Source: Podarcis erhardii (Eukaryota). From it: a stretch of DNA of 64,000 nucleotides. The notes under the pieces were generated by a model that did no database searches, had not been told where the DNA came from, and saw nothing but the letters and a program-made list of their open reading frames with translations. Numbering within the stretch: position 1 is the first letter of the stretch; every line of letters starts with the position of its first letter. The stretch is taken from NCBI GenBank assembly GCA_964252035.1, contig OZ176205.1; one strand, written 5' to 3'. Positions 45,951-60,061 of this stretch are shown here, in pieces. The translations under genes were made by a program, and so were the position numbers.

Positions 45951-46179
45951 GCCAGTAATCTAAAGCGAGCACTCAATAAGCAGCAATGAATGTGGATGAC
46001 ATTCTTTTTCCTGCTTCGTTAGCTGTTGCCAGTACCCTGTGTCGACATGTGCTTGCCACTTTGTCCACCATTCAGCTTTCTCTATACAGCATGCATTGAC
46101 AGGAATACTACCTACTAGCACAGTTTTTAACCCAGGACACTGAATTGATGCTTAGTGCTTCATTCTTTTCACTTAATAG

Positions 46180-46312
46180 AGGGAAGGCTCATGCATGATG
46201 GAGGATGATGCAGTGGACATTGAAAATGAAAATGGTAATCGCTTTGAAGAATATGAATGGTGCGGGCAGAAGAGGATACGTGCCACTACTCTCCTGGAAG
46301 GGGGATTCAGAG
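46180..46312 (+). CDS. RNF220: RNF220 internal coding exon (133 nt): REGSCMMEDDAVDIENENGNRFEEYEWCGQKRIRATTLLEGGFR(G)
   Basis: Acceptor cattcttttcacttaatAG and donor GAG|GTAAGA, phase 0/1. Contains the conserved RNF220 motif FEEYEWCGQKRIRATTLLEGGFRG (track ORF 46195..46437). Confidence 0.97.
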
Positions 46313-49300
46313 GTAAGAGGGGCATTTTGGGGATTGCTGAGATGTGCTACCGACTGAACAGTGCCCAGATCCCCTCCCTATCATCCCAAGAACAAAACAG
46401 ATTATTAATATTGGAGCTATTGCCCTCCAAACTGTAGCCCAGACTAAGGGCTCTTTCCCTCAGCAGTTTTTGTTCATGCAAGTATACCCCCAAAAGTTAT
46501 TCCCGTGACAGACATAATATCTTCACAATGACAACGTGTGGATGCTGACGACGGTTGAAGCAGCTTGTCATGCATGTGTGACTCTAAAGGAACATGGATA
46601 TAAATTCATCCAGAGAGTTGGCTTTCATCATAGTAATGATCTGTGGTATTAACATTAACAGAAATTTTATGTTATTTGTCTCCTGCCAGAAAATGCATTC
46701 ACAAAAAGCAATCATACCTTACAAGATCAAGATAGTAAAGTTGCTTTTGTAAATTTCCCTTTGTAATTCTTAACTGTTAGAGATTGCTTAAGGGAAGTGA
46801 CTTTGCTGACATGGTCAGGAGGAAAAATGTTTTTTCCCATTCATTGCATCACTTGCCATTGAATGTTTTTTAAACTGTGTAACAGGCCAGGTGCTTGCTT
46901 CTCAGTGTAGGTGGGAAGTTGCACTTCTGCCAGCACCAATATTTATTTTCCTATGGCTATGAAAACAGCATAAAATAATAGTAGTTACGAGTAAAACCCT
47001 GCTTAAATTAGCCTTTGAGGAGGAGGAGGAAATGTGGCCCAAAGTTGGGAGACAACAGGAGCAGCTACAGGACAATCAGTTTCAGCAATATTGTGCATAT
47101 TTTTAAAAAATGGAAGTGGAAAATGAAATTGTAAAAAGCCCCAGTCTGGAGTGACGAAAGCTGGTTTATCAGCCGCTGGTGATGTATGGAAGTTGACAGC
47201 TAAGTCACTTTAGCACCTGCATAAAATATTAAAGGGCCGGTTATGCATTTATCACTCCATCTTTTTTAAGGCTGATAAATGAGAATTCAGCAACCTGCCA
47301 TACACCTCCAGCACTGCAGCCCTCAGGGCTCCCAGACAAACACATCTTATTTTTCCTCCTTCTATTCCTTCCCCTGTGACAGGAAAATCGGCTGCAAAAG
47401 AGAGAATGAGTTATGGCAAAATGTGACCTTTGTGAGTTTTATTGGTGAATGTAATTTTAGCTGTGCACCTGACTCCTTTCTTACATTCAGCCTTTTGCTC
47501 TGTGTCAGAATTGACTAAACTGTCTGGTGTGAACATTGTGATTCTGTAGAAACAGTGTTCTACCCTTCCTTGACCAGAGAATCTAGTACATTGCCTCATC
47601 AAAGTAAAAGTTGGCATCCTCTTGTATTTTCATAGATTGCCCTGGATTCTAATTTAAAATATCCCAAGGAAAATCCCACTGGGAAAGGAAATCAGGCTTA
47701 AAAGATGCATGAGTTACTAGGGCTTATAAATGATGCTCTTTCTTTCCTGTTTTCCTTCACACTTTAGTCTATGGATAAATCTGTACAAAAAATAGATAAA
47801 TGAGACTTGAGAGGTAAGCAGCACCATGACAGATATTCAGGAGTTCAGCCATATGGGGAAAGTATATTCTTTTAGCTACCAATATATTCAGAATTTTGTC
47901 TACTGAATTGCAGTAGACAAATAATTTTTTGCTGTCCCGTGGGTTCCTTGCACCCACAAATTTTATTCATAATTCTCATTCAGCTGATTGACTGTTGCAG
48001 GAATGTGTTAACTTTTCAGACCCTGGCTAAGCCTATGGAGTTGGTCTTCCTATGTGCCCCGAGGTCTGGGAGACAGAAGCAGTTAAGTTCCTACGTAACC
48101 AGGAATGTTGAGCAGTCTGCACTTTTGTGCACAGACTTAGCATGGAAAACATAGGCAGCTAATGTAAATTACCCCTGTCTTATGGACGCTCGTCAGTCAT
48201 TTTCACTGCTGTTTTGTACCCTTTCCTGAAATACTTTGGATTAGTTTCTCAGCCTTTTTGGTAGAGATTATCATTTTGCTTGTTGGCTTTGTCAATTAAG
48301 GAGCAATGGAAGCCATTTAGATATGTGTAAAGAAGCAAAATCTACTCTCCACATATTCCCTGGAGTGTTTTCTTGATCAATCTATTGGCTTGTTTTTACC
48401 ACATGATGTTTCTAAGCTATTGTCTCATTGTGATAGGTTGAGACAGGATTATTTGCATTGGGTTCTGCTGTTGCAGTGTTAGAAGATGATGCTAAAAATG
48501 ATTGAATAAGGTATTCCATAGTGGATATATTTGAAAAGTGTAATTCCACACTTTATAAAGTGGAATAGTAACTTTTGTAGCCTTTAAGACCTAATTCACC
48601 TTTAACATAAGAGGTCACTTATATTTAACCGTGTTTGGATGCAACACTTGGCCATAAAGTGCACATAGGTCCTGCTTTCGGAAGGCTTGCCATCTGAAAT
48701 TTCAGTCATCTGAACACAAAAAATTACACCCAAACCTTGCTGCCCAAGTAGCTCATTCAATTATCTAAATAGCTGGAGTTTGCTTATTTCCTTGCTTATT
48801 TGTGTTTTGCTGGTCAGTGGCAGCCATTTTGATTAGAAACCTGGGACGAACGGAGGAAGGGAAAGAGATTGGGACAAATCAAGGAGCAGGAAAGATTGTC
48901 TTTTGCTAGTTGGCTGCAGCAGTTTGGGGTGGAAACCAGGGAGAGAGGGAGATCAGACAATTCACAGATTTGAAATGTTCCCATAGGAAATAATGGAAAT
49001 CATCAGCTCATTGTGTGGTTGCTTGCCTAATGAATGATTTCCTGGGGACCCATTGTGTTCAGATAGCAAGACCTGCATGTATAGATATGTGGATTAGTAT
49101 GTTCATAGATGTGTGTTTGTGCATGCAGTTCAAGCACTCACTGTTGTGGTCCTCTCTTCTCAAAGCTGGGAAACAACTTGCAGAACTGCTGGATTAGTGT
49201 CATGTCCAAACCAGCTCTTTTGGCTTGTTTCTCATTAACAAACCACCACCAGGAACCCAAGGGTAGTTCTTTGTTTCTTGATTATAGTTTATTTGCGATA

Positions 49301-49663
49301 AAGCAACCAGGAGCACTGGTTCAGGTTTTGGTTCAGCTACTGAATCAGATGCTTCTTGGTTTGTTTGCGTGCACCTGGAAGGGAGGAATGAAGTGGGAAA
49401 TGCTTGATTTGTTTAAATGTGGTTTATGGCCATCATTGCATCCTAACATGACCATTGAGAGAGAGAGACAAAGTGTGGGGATACAAGAGGCCTGATAGAG
49501 CTAGATGGGCTGTGAGGACAGAGCTTAGACCTAAGAAACAGGGCACTTGGTAGTACAATCCATACACTTTACCAGTTTCCACTTTCAATAAGGTAAGAAA
49601 TATGATACAGCTGTTTGTAGTAATCGGTTAGCTTGATATGTTCTCCCCTTGAATTTAGGTTAG

Positions 49664-49880
49664 TGCAGGCATAGGCAGACTCGGCCTGGCAGATGTTTTG
49701 AGACTACAACATCTACAATAACACTTGAGGAAGAGCTGAAACAGAACTACACCCCACCCCACCCCGGTTATTTGGAAGGAGGCATGTTACAGCAACACCC
49801 TCTATGTGGGTGATACTTTAGGGCAGCATTTCCCAACCTGGTGGTCATCAGATATTTTGGGACTACAACTTGCATTAGAC
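49664..49880. mobile_element. Cluster of partial hAT-MITE ends
   Basis: gcaggcataggcagactcggcc..cagatgttttgagactacaac (~49664-49712) and cagcatttcccaacctggtgg..cagatattttgggactacaac (~49826-49875), related to the 21941/35462 family. Confidence 0.5.
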
Positions 49881-52179
49881 TAGTGGCTACCAACTTTTTT
49901 TGACCACTAGATGTATTTTAATTTTTGAGTGGGTTTGTAGGTTATTCACAGAACAGCATGTCACCACGACATAGAGGAAGTAAAGGTGGAATCCAACATA
50001 GTACTAAGTCTCTCATTCAATCAAGACAAGGCTATCTCCTTGCACAAAAGAACCTTCTCCCCATGAATACACCCTAAATTTATTCTATGGGTTCCCCCCA
50101 CCCTCTGGAGCAGATTTAGGAAAGAGGGGAATATCCCATTGCACAAGTTGAAATCCTTGCATTGATAGGGCATGGTAGTTGAAAACCACCCTAAGTGTTC
50201 ATTTTGTTTGACAATCTAAATATTTACAGGTTGGACAATAGTAAGCATACATGATACTTTTGTGACATTTGTAATACTTGACCTAAAAACCACATTTCTC
50301 TATTATTACTTTTTTACATAGAAGAGTACACTTAATTCAGTCCCTAAATAAAGGTTATGAATTCAGTGTTAAGAGAATATATAATTTAAGATGTAATTTT
50401 AAACTGTTTTTAAGGGGCACACTGTGCCTGATATTTAAAAAACTATGATTTAAATAATAACATTTGACATGAAAAATAATGGGGCAGGGTACATTGGTTG
50501 GTTCAACTAGTGCTTTACCAGCAGTTTTGATTTCTGGATGCTGAAACTTGGGAGTGTTAGGCATAGTACAGCAGCAAACTGTGCCCAGGTTGGAGAATTC
50601 AGACTTACCTCACAACATTGTAAAGTTTTGTTGGAGACTCCCCAGTCAGTGGGGCCTGAATTTATATCTACTGAACTTTATGAAGAATTGTTCCTGTGTT
50701 CTATGTCTAATGCTCCATCCTGCATCCTACTTGCTGAAATGCGGGAGGCATTGGGTTTCTTCTCACTTTTTTCCCTTTTAAATTCCCTGCATTTGTAGCA
50801 ATTCCTCACTTGTTCTAAAGAACAGCTACTCATTTACTCTAGCTGTTTACATTGCAAGATTATTACTTTAAAGAATTGCAGAGAGAAGTTGGGGGGGGAG
50901 TGGAATGCCTTTTTTTCTTTGAAAGCTTAGCAGTTTTGTCTGTGCGTCTGTTATTTGTGAGTGGGAGGGAGGAAGAGCGGGTGAGAAAAAAGTGCTTTAT
51001 CCGAAAAGAATCATATTGGCTTTATGCTGATAGAGGCTGCTGTCATCTCTTAAACGGCTTAGCCCAGTCAAAAGGCTAGCGGACTTAAAACAGTGTCTTA
51101 CACGAGGATCGATGGAGAAAACACGGCAGTGGTAACTGTGAGGAAAAAAGGGTGAATGCAAGAGAGATAACAGTAATGATTGCATGGAGGGGAGCTGGAG
51201 GCAGGCTTGCTCTTTGTAGGAACCTTGCTTCAAAGGAGTCTGAGCTGCCTGGTCCCCAGGATGTTGCTGCCTCTGTGTATCTAGGATGAGAGCCCAAGCC
51301 CCCTCCCCCTTTGCTGGAGCAAATGGGCTAAGTAGATTAAAGCATGATAGGTTATCTCTTCCCTCTATGTTGTATCACTTTTAGGAGATTTTTTGGTCAA
51401 TCAGCATATTGTGTCATTCCTTTAGCCAAAGGAGGTGAGTTGGTGTTGGGAAGGGGGGTAAGAGTCTAAACTGCACAGTGAGGGAGCCATTGGGAAAGGG
51501 GGAGTTGGGTGGAGGGGGGGGTGAAACGGTATGTCAGTTTATCGATCGCACCTCAGCCAGGAGAGCTGCAGGCACAGCTATGCGGGCACGAGCAGCAGCA
51601 CTCCTAATGTGATTGAAAGGCAGTTAAAATGGCGGTGACCTTTTCAGGGGGAATTAGATTGCCTGCCAAGAGTGGTTAGAGGGAGTGATAACGCCAGCTT
51701 GAGGAAGCTGTCCAGGCAACTTCAAAGAGAGAGAGACAGAGACAGGAAAAGCAAGCGAGCGCAAGTCCCATTTAAACTCTGAGCTGTACTGTCTGATAGA
51801 GCCAAGATTGCTGTCCTCTCTAGATATGAAGGGTTTGAAGAATGTAGTCAAGTTGCCTCTCCTTGCCCTTCCTGCACTGCACCACCTTGTCAAGGAAAGC
51901 AACAACTGGCCAGCTGTCTATTCACCTGACACTCTTGGGGATTTCAGTTGCCTTGAAAATAATACACAGAGGCAAAGCCCTAATGACTGAAAGACAGTAT
52001 GCAAGGCTTCCTAGAAGAGTGATTACTAGAAACCTTCCTATGAGGAACTGTGTGGTATGTTCTGAATTTGGAAGGTCTTTCACTTACAAGCAATTCAAAG
52101 GTGCTGGTGTTCCTACTAAATGAGAAACCCCATTGTTCTTGGTGTTCCAGGTTTCTTTGTCAAAAGATTACTAACCAGC

Positions 52180-52365
52180 TGGGTGGCTCCTAAATTGAGC
52201 CTTCATGGCCAGAGGCAGGATCCTTTGGAGTACCAGATACTGGGGCCAACAATGTAGGGAGATCATATCTTGCCGTTCAGCTTCATGGGGGCATCTGGCT
52301 GGCCTCTGTGGGAAGCAGGATACTGGACAAACCCGTGACCTTATCTAGTAGACCTTTTCTTAATT
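52180..52365 (+). mobile_element. CR1 3' UTR fragment
   Basis: ccagaggcagg..accagatactgggg...gggcatctggctggcctctgtgggaagcaggatactggac. Confidence 0.7.
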
Positions 52366-54337
52366 TGGAGATTGAAGGACTGGCTCAGGAGCCTAACTTC
52401 TGTGCCAGAGCAAAATATTTAATAGATGGTATTGTCACCTACACTTGTTATGTCTATTTGAAGAGTCAGATGAATTGCTTGGCATTTCCTGCAGATGGCT
52501 GTCATCCCACTCTTGGCTTACAGCCTGTTTCTCCCTTTAACTTCAAATGCCTTTTGCTCTGAGCACTGATGTCACAGCAGACTTTTTGCAAAATAAACTG
52601 CAGAAGTGACACCACAACCAGCAACAATAGTGATTGTACTTTTATGTGTGTAGAATCCAGAAGCATGCGAAGTAGGTATCTAGGAGTGGCACATGTCTGT
52701 TCCTACAGTAGGGGGAAATACAATTATGATATGTAATAGTTTTATAATATGAACATTCATGGAAACCCTGCACTTGACATATGGAAATGCATAGTCTCAT
52801 CTCACTCAAGCTGTTTTGTTTTCTAATCATTTTGAAATAATCTGCCTCTAGCAAAATGTGGATGTCATACAGTTGTTCTGCTAGGAATCTTAAAATATAC
52901 AAAGGGTGACATCCCGCCTACTTTCTTTTGAAATTACTAGCTACATTTTCTTGTTTTTTCCCCTCTGGAGCACAAATAGGAAGATGCTTTTCTTTGAGAG
53001 CGCCTGCAAAGCTAACAGGCGTGTGCCTGATTTCCATCATCCAGTTTGTTCAGTTAAAGTTGCATTTAAGGTCATATCAAAGAGAGCTGGCAGTGGCATT
53101 AGACAATGAGATTTCCCAGAGGACTGACCAGGAAATAAAAGGTATCTGTAGTGTGTACAGATCCTTGGATGAATAAATCTGTAACTAATATTTGTTATCC
53201 ATGGATTTGAATGGACTTGGCAGAAGGAAGGAGAGCTGTCAGTGGAGCAGCTTTCAAATTTCATATCTGTGACGTCCTTAATGTCTCTCTCCTTCTCCCA
53301 GTTTTGAAAATCTGTTTCAGATATTGCTTCTTGGTTTTGCCTTATCCCACAAATTAAAAAAATATCCCAGACTGTCTGCTTCCATAGTTTAATGCTGTTC
53401 TTTTAAAAAACACACACAACAAAAACAACATTTCATTTTAATTTTTTTTTAATTTATCAGTTCAGAAACAAGTACACTGTGTGTCTTGAACAGTTGAACA
53501 AGAACCAGTAAAGACAACTAAAGGAATGCTCATGTTATTTCTGCTCTTGTTAGCCCCTACAGATCTTTTCTAGCCCTTCTGCTGCTGCACAAATGTGCAT
53601 ACACAACACTTTATTTTCTTTGTTTGCTTGGATAAAGATGAAATGCCATAGAATGAAACTCCCTTATGATACAAACTGTAATATGTATTTGTTTATATGT
53701 GCATGTCTCTCTCATTTATACACTAAGCAGCATGTTCGCTATTGCAAGGTGCCTGCCACATAGCTATCTCTTGTTTCACTCAAAGGCAGAAATTGCTCAA
53801 GACTGCTAACTAATCTAGTCTTGCTTGTCTTGAGCTGGCCTGCAACAGTTTTCCTTGTGTAATGTGGATTCCTGTTGTAAGCCTTTTGTGTATACTGCAC
53901 TGACATGCAAAAGTCCTGCACCAAGGAAATGTATCTCTCTGCAGAAGATAAATTAAATTGAAATACCTGAATGAATTTACTTCGTGCAATCATCACAGGA
54001 TTTCTGAAGCAGAATTTAGAACCCTTTTCCCTCCATTGAGCAGTAGTGACTTTAAAGATGTAGATTTAGCGCAGAGAGTTTTTTTGGAACAAAACACACT
54101 TTGGAAAGAAATTCAAATTGTAGTTTCTTTCAGAATGGCACCATGAATAAGATAAGTAAAACCGACACAATCCAGAAGATGGAGATGTAATATGTTTGGT
54201 GCTTCTGTGCTATTAAAAGAGAAAGAGAAAGACAGAGAAAAGAGCCATTGTATTTCCTAAGAGCCCTTTCACTAACTGAGGAATCCCATGCAATTGTTAT
54301 GTAAGTCATATGCGTGATATCATCTGTTGGCTAAAGC

Positions 54338-54418
54338 TGAATCCTAACCCCACTTTTCTGGGAGTAAGCCCCACTGAATTCAGTAGGATTTTCTTCAGAG
54401 TAGGCATGGTTAGGACTG
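54338..54418. mobile_element. Small palindromic sauropsid repeat (MITE-like)
   Basis: aatcctaacc..ctgggagtaagccccactgaa versus ttcagtaggattttcttcagagtaggcatggttagga. A related degenerate copy lies at ~16165-16230. Confidence 0.5.
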
Positions 54419-57400
54419 GGTATTAGTCTGAACCAGAACTCAGGAACCAGGTCCTTACTTTTCAGTGCAGAGTTTTATTCTCATTGGGGATATTAATTAT
54501 TAGTTCATCATAGATGCCTAACAGTTAAGCAAACCCTGTCTTGGCATGGTCTACCTTTCTATTACCTAAGAGGAGGCAGGATGAGCATTAGTGGACTCCT
54601 CTGGTTTCCAGTCTACCAAGTGGGAAAATTTAAGTATTTGAAAAGTTAAGTATTTGAGGTGTTTAGTGAAATACAATTTAAGGATTTGTGCTATGCTCAT
54701 TCACACACATAGTGGAAGATGATATCTGGTTGCCTGATGAACCACCCAACCTTAGAATTAATACGGTGCTTGGGAAATACTCTTCTTTTCTTAAACAACA
54801 TACAAAACTTTATTGAAATTAGTTTTATGACATTTCTAGTTTACAAGGCAGAGAAACTACTCAACATCCTAAGTAGCTTATACTGTACAATGAAATGCTG
54901 GGAATATGTTTTTTAATGTTGTTTATAGTTCAACACTCTGACGTATACTGCCACATTGTATAATCTGTAGCTACCACCAACCACTTTGTCCCACTTAATG
55001 CATCTAATGCATTCTTTTTTGAACCTCCCTGAGACCTGTGGATGAATGGTAGTATGAAAATTCAGTTAATAATAATAACAATCATAATGAAGTATCCTGT
55101 ATAAGTTTTTTTTCCACAATAAATCGGCAAGTTGCTAAAGTTCTGGTGTACCTAGGACCTTTTTTGGCAACAGCACAACAGCAGAAAAAATTGCTATAGC
55201 CTTCATGCTCTGTACCACTTTATAAGTCGTAAGAGAAAGATATAATTGAAAGTTTTTCTACTTCAGCAACTTGCTGTCTTTCCATACAGAAAGATATTTT
55301 TTTTAACATGAGAGATTTTAAAGGTTCACTTGGTTGCTTTTGTCACCCCGGAAGGCTATACAGTGTGTATTTCCTGAATGCCTGCTCATTTCCATTCAAA
55401 TTTCAGGAGTTTTGAAAGCGTAGATGACATATTTGAGGTCTCATTTCCTCATGAACATGGTAGAATACAACACAGTGTTAAAACTTATATTTGAGTATTT
55501 ATTGTCTGACTACAACACAAGCATAGGGAATCTGAAATGAAAATGACAGTGACATGCAGCATTAATGTGTCGTAATGTATCTTTGTCCCCTAAGAGGAAT
55601 ATTCCTGTTCAGAGGCAGACTAGGGCAAAAGCTTGTAATACTTTCTGAGTGTGGGAGCACACACTTTTTTCTCTACTTGCCTAAAGCCGTCTCCACTATG
55701 CTATTTAATTCTGAAGGGCTCAGGACAATCTATGTACCATTTCTTGCTGCATATCTTGGGGAGGACAGTTTCTGGAGAAGGAGAAGGTATACTTGGGGGA
55801 AAAAAGTTATTGTGTAGTGCCTCAATTTTTCTTCCCTGATAATATAAGCTACTAAGCAGCGTGAGCAAACTGGTTCCCTGTCTTTCTCCCTCTGGTTCCT
55901 TTTATTTTATTTTATTTGAATTGACAAACTCAACTTCATAGGTCCTAAAAGTTCACAGGTCCTTGTCATGATGACCCCCACCCCCACCCCAGTTTTTCTT
56001 TTTCAATTAATTTAGAAACTACTATACTTCTGTATACCTAGGACATTCCCATGTAGAAACTACTACCTTATTTTTAGGTGAGTCAATTTTGCTTATGAAC
56101 AGGGTTGCCCAAGTGGTATTTTTTGAGGTGGGGTGAGGAATAATAGCAATGTATTTATAATGGCCTTGTGGGATGGATAAGTGGGAATAAGTTCAAGTTA
56201 CAGAAAGACAGGCTTCAATTAAATATTCGGGAAGGTTAAACTAGGGTTCACTGCTCTCCTGTAACCTTAAAAAAGCAGGATAAGTATTGCATGAAAATAA
56301 TTCTGGTGCCTATTGCATGACAACTTGTGGCACCACTATTTCATTAGACAGTGCAGTTTAAATAAAGGGAATAACTGATGCTTTATCGATTGCGTGCAAG
56401 ATTATTGAAACTTGAAAGAGTTTAAGGAGAATCTTAGTATCTGTTCTCAGTTTACTCAAATGCAGCATTTGAGTAAACCATTTCCTTTATAGCATAGCCC
56501 TCATGTGCTGCAACAGGGGAGGAAGAGATTAACCGGCTGTCGGGGGACAAAATTTGATTGTTAGGTGCACTAAATTGGCAGGAGGAATCTAGGGTAATGG
56601 GGTGACATTTAAAAGTACTCCACGCTGGAAACTGAGCAGGTTCCAAGTTGAGAACATACATTTTAATGTACATTTTCTTGGCTGTTGGACTAGCAGGCAT
56701 GAACTCATCTACTCTTGGTTCTCACAGCATTACTGAAACAATATTTTGTGTATGTGTGCACCCCCATGCTTGGTATGAAGGTTCTAGTCTGTCATTTTTT
56801 TCTCCTTACCCCCTCTCCTCCCCCTGCAAAGCCATCTGCCTTGAATACAGCTTCTCCTGTGAGCTTTGGGGTTGCCCTTCAGCCTCAGCTGTCAAGATAT
56901 TGATTGACGCAATTTTAATAGCATTTTAAAATACAGTTGTTAAGTTGGGGCAGTGGGACTCTTCTCTTACTCCTCCTTCCTACACCTCCACCACCACCAA
57001 AGAGGGGAAGTGTGGTTTTTCAATGACTTTAAACTGCTTCTTGTCTTTGCATGTCGTCTCTTGCACCAAGCGGTGAAACGCATTATCGAGTAGTGCCCAG
57101 AAAGTGGTTAACTGCGTTTGACACACGCCAACTCCCTGCCTCCACACTGGATAATTGCATTGTCAACTATTCAGTAAAGTGGCAGGTGACACTGCTGCCG
57201 GATTGATTGTCCTAGCATTGAGGCTCCTAAGACTGTCAGCTTCCCAATCGATAGCGTTTACACAAGACACCGTGACTGCATCTGTAACTAATTTCAGTTT
57301 GAAACTTGCAAGACACTGTGCTGCCCCTATTTTCTGGCTACATGTGTTTAGTGACTTGCTTCCTCTCTTTGGACCACAGGCTTGATACCATCCTGCTTCA

Positions 57401-59434
57401 CCCCCCTCCTTCCTTGGAAAGTGCATTCCTGTTTTTATTTTGGTGTAGCAGGTGAAGAAATCGATGCTGTGTGCTGTGCCCTCAAAAGCAGGCAGAATTA
57501 CTGCAGATGGCTAACTAGCAGCTCCAGTTTTGTAATCAATAGCCTGATCAATTGATTAAATTAACACTGATTTTCTTCCGTCTTCCTGGCCTATATGAAA
57601 AATTAGTTTGCAGTGAGCATGCAGGTTTGGCTTATAAAATACAGGCCTTGTTATGCTACCCCATGACTCTTTTCTATCAAGTTTGAGTGCATTGTTATTT
57701 AAATCAGTGGACAGCAAGGCATGCTGCTTCCACTAGTGCCTTTAAATGGGGACATTGCTCTGGGTTGCTTACCAAACTTGACTACTTCATGCTCGGCTGC
57801 TTTAGAAAAGTCGTCCCCTCAGCTTTTCCGCCTTCCTCTGTTATTGGCAGAATTGCAATGTGACTGTGATCCCTGTCAGTGGTGCTTATTGATCCAGTGA
57901 TGTGAACCTGTTTAGTTATTCAAGATTACTTTAATTCCCCTCTTTCCTTTTTTGTTTTCCCTCGCTCCTTACATGAACAAAAATTCCCCTGAGCCACCTT
58001 CATGGAAATTACACCAATGATTGCTAAGCCTCTGCTTGCAAATTTCCCTTTGTATGGCAGCCTTCCACATACAAGCACACAAATGCATGCACGCCTCCTG
58101 CTGAACATTAGGCTGGCACAGAACTGGAGGAATTGCCATAGCAGCTTGGATATGGGATCCTCTTTCCAGCTGTATCCACTGTGTGATGGAGGCACAAAGG
58201 GGAACTTGTGTAGTGCTCTCAGCCAAGTTCTGAGGTGCTGTTTACAGGAGGAAAAATCCTTTTGCAGGCAACCAGCTTGCCCCCTGAGGCACAGGCTTGA
58301 TGACTTTCACCTTGGCATGCAGCAGTACCACAAAATATTAATGGCCATAAAATTATACAGCCCCCTCTTAAAGTCTCCTCCTTGGTGTGTTAGTAAAGAT
58401 GACTACAAGCAGTTGGGATGCAGACTTGCAGCCTAGCCTCTGTTTTCTTACAGCGTGAAAGATGACTTTAGAGTGGCAGCTCTACTACAATGATCCATAT
58501 GCATGGCCTCAAACACTGAAGACCTATGTGTGTATTTTATAAATCCCATGATCCTGATTAAGTTATTTCATAGCAGCCAGTGAAAACCAGACTTTGCATT
58601 TTTCTGTGGTCAGGTTAGTTTTCCATCAACCTGGAGTCATGAACATTACTAATCCAATTCATCTTTACCTGATCGTTTATAGTGCAACAGGGTAATAGAA
58701 CAATGCAATTTAATAACTAATTCCAACAAACATTAGCCATCAAAGGTTGACTACAGCGATCCTTTCCTTTTGCCCTTTCTTTTTAAAAGAGTCAAGGCAG
58801 TTTGCTTTTCCCCAAGCCATTTTTAAAGGAAAGCTACATCCGTGCCACTATGCTCTCTAGATGCTAGTTTGGGGATGTTTCGGCAGCTGAGGAAACAAAC
58901 ACTGCCAAGAGCTGTTCCCAGGAAATGTGTGTGAGGCCTGGCAGCATTAAAACACTTTTATTGCTGCTTTTGGGGGGTGGGGGTGGGGGAGAGTTATTCC
59001 TTATCCAGGAAGGAGCAAGCAACACTTTAGGCAAAGCAGGTGAATGAGCTCAGCCAGAGGTTGGTAGATGTTGTGGGAAAAGTAATTAACAAAACCTGCT
59101 GTTTTTTTTAGTCTTTAACTAGAGACTGTATTTTTTACCAAATCTCTCTATATTACCCACAAGCGCTGTAAACACTCATCTGATTTCTGGCCATTACAGC
59201 CTTGGACAGGTCTGTGCACCAAGTGAGAGGTAGACCATAATTCAGTTTTTGGATATTTTTTATATTGAAGAATCAAGTGTTGTGCCTTGTGCACCTTGAG
59301 CACATTAGGGACCAACACTAAAGACTCTTCTGTCGTAGGAGCAGGACAGCCAAGATACGCATGTCATAAGCAGATTAGCTCTTCTGCTCTGCACTAGAGC
59401 ATTGCTAGAGGTTCTTCTGGCAGGTCATTATTTC

Positions 59435-59530
59435 ATTTGTTACTTATTTATATTTTGGATTTATATCCTGTCAGTTTTACTCAAAAAGAGCCCTCTAGGT
59501 GGCTTACAATTTAAAATCAATAACAATACA
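59435..59530 (-). mobile_element. L2-like 3' tail fragment
   Basis: tttatatcctg..tttactcaaaaagagccctctaggtggcttacaat. Confidence 0.4.
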
Positions 59531-60061
59531 CAGCAACGTATCCATAAATGACAACCAGTGACACACAGTTAAATTATAAGCAGTAGCAACTTCAGTAGGA
59601 AGTAATCATGTGTGAGCAAATTTGGAATAATAAATAGTGAGTGAAAACAAATAGTCGATTCTAAGCATTCCGGACAGTGGAACTCTAAAGCCATTGTGTG
59701 CTACTACTCACAATGCCTAAATGATAATCAGACAAGTGGGAAATTTACCCTTAAATGCTGTAAAGAATAAAACAGATTCTGTGCTTTATTTGCTTCAGTT
59801 CTATTCTTCACTTATATAAAGATGATGTGCAGTCTCATTTCTGTACAGAATATGTTTTTAGCACTAGAAAGTTGCATACATAATGGTAATAAACCAGCCC
59901 AACTAAGGATACAGTTGTACCCCAAGACCAGTTGTTGTTTTTTTAAAAAAGTTTTCTTATTGCTAAGGAATTGCAAAGTGAATTACAATGCAACTGCTAC
60001 TTATAACCAAGCAAAGCACGGTTCACGTATGGCCTTGTTATGATGCACCGTTGCCTGTACT

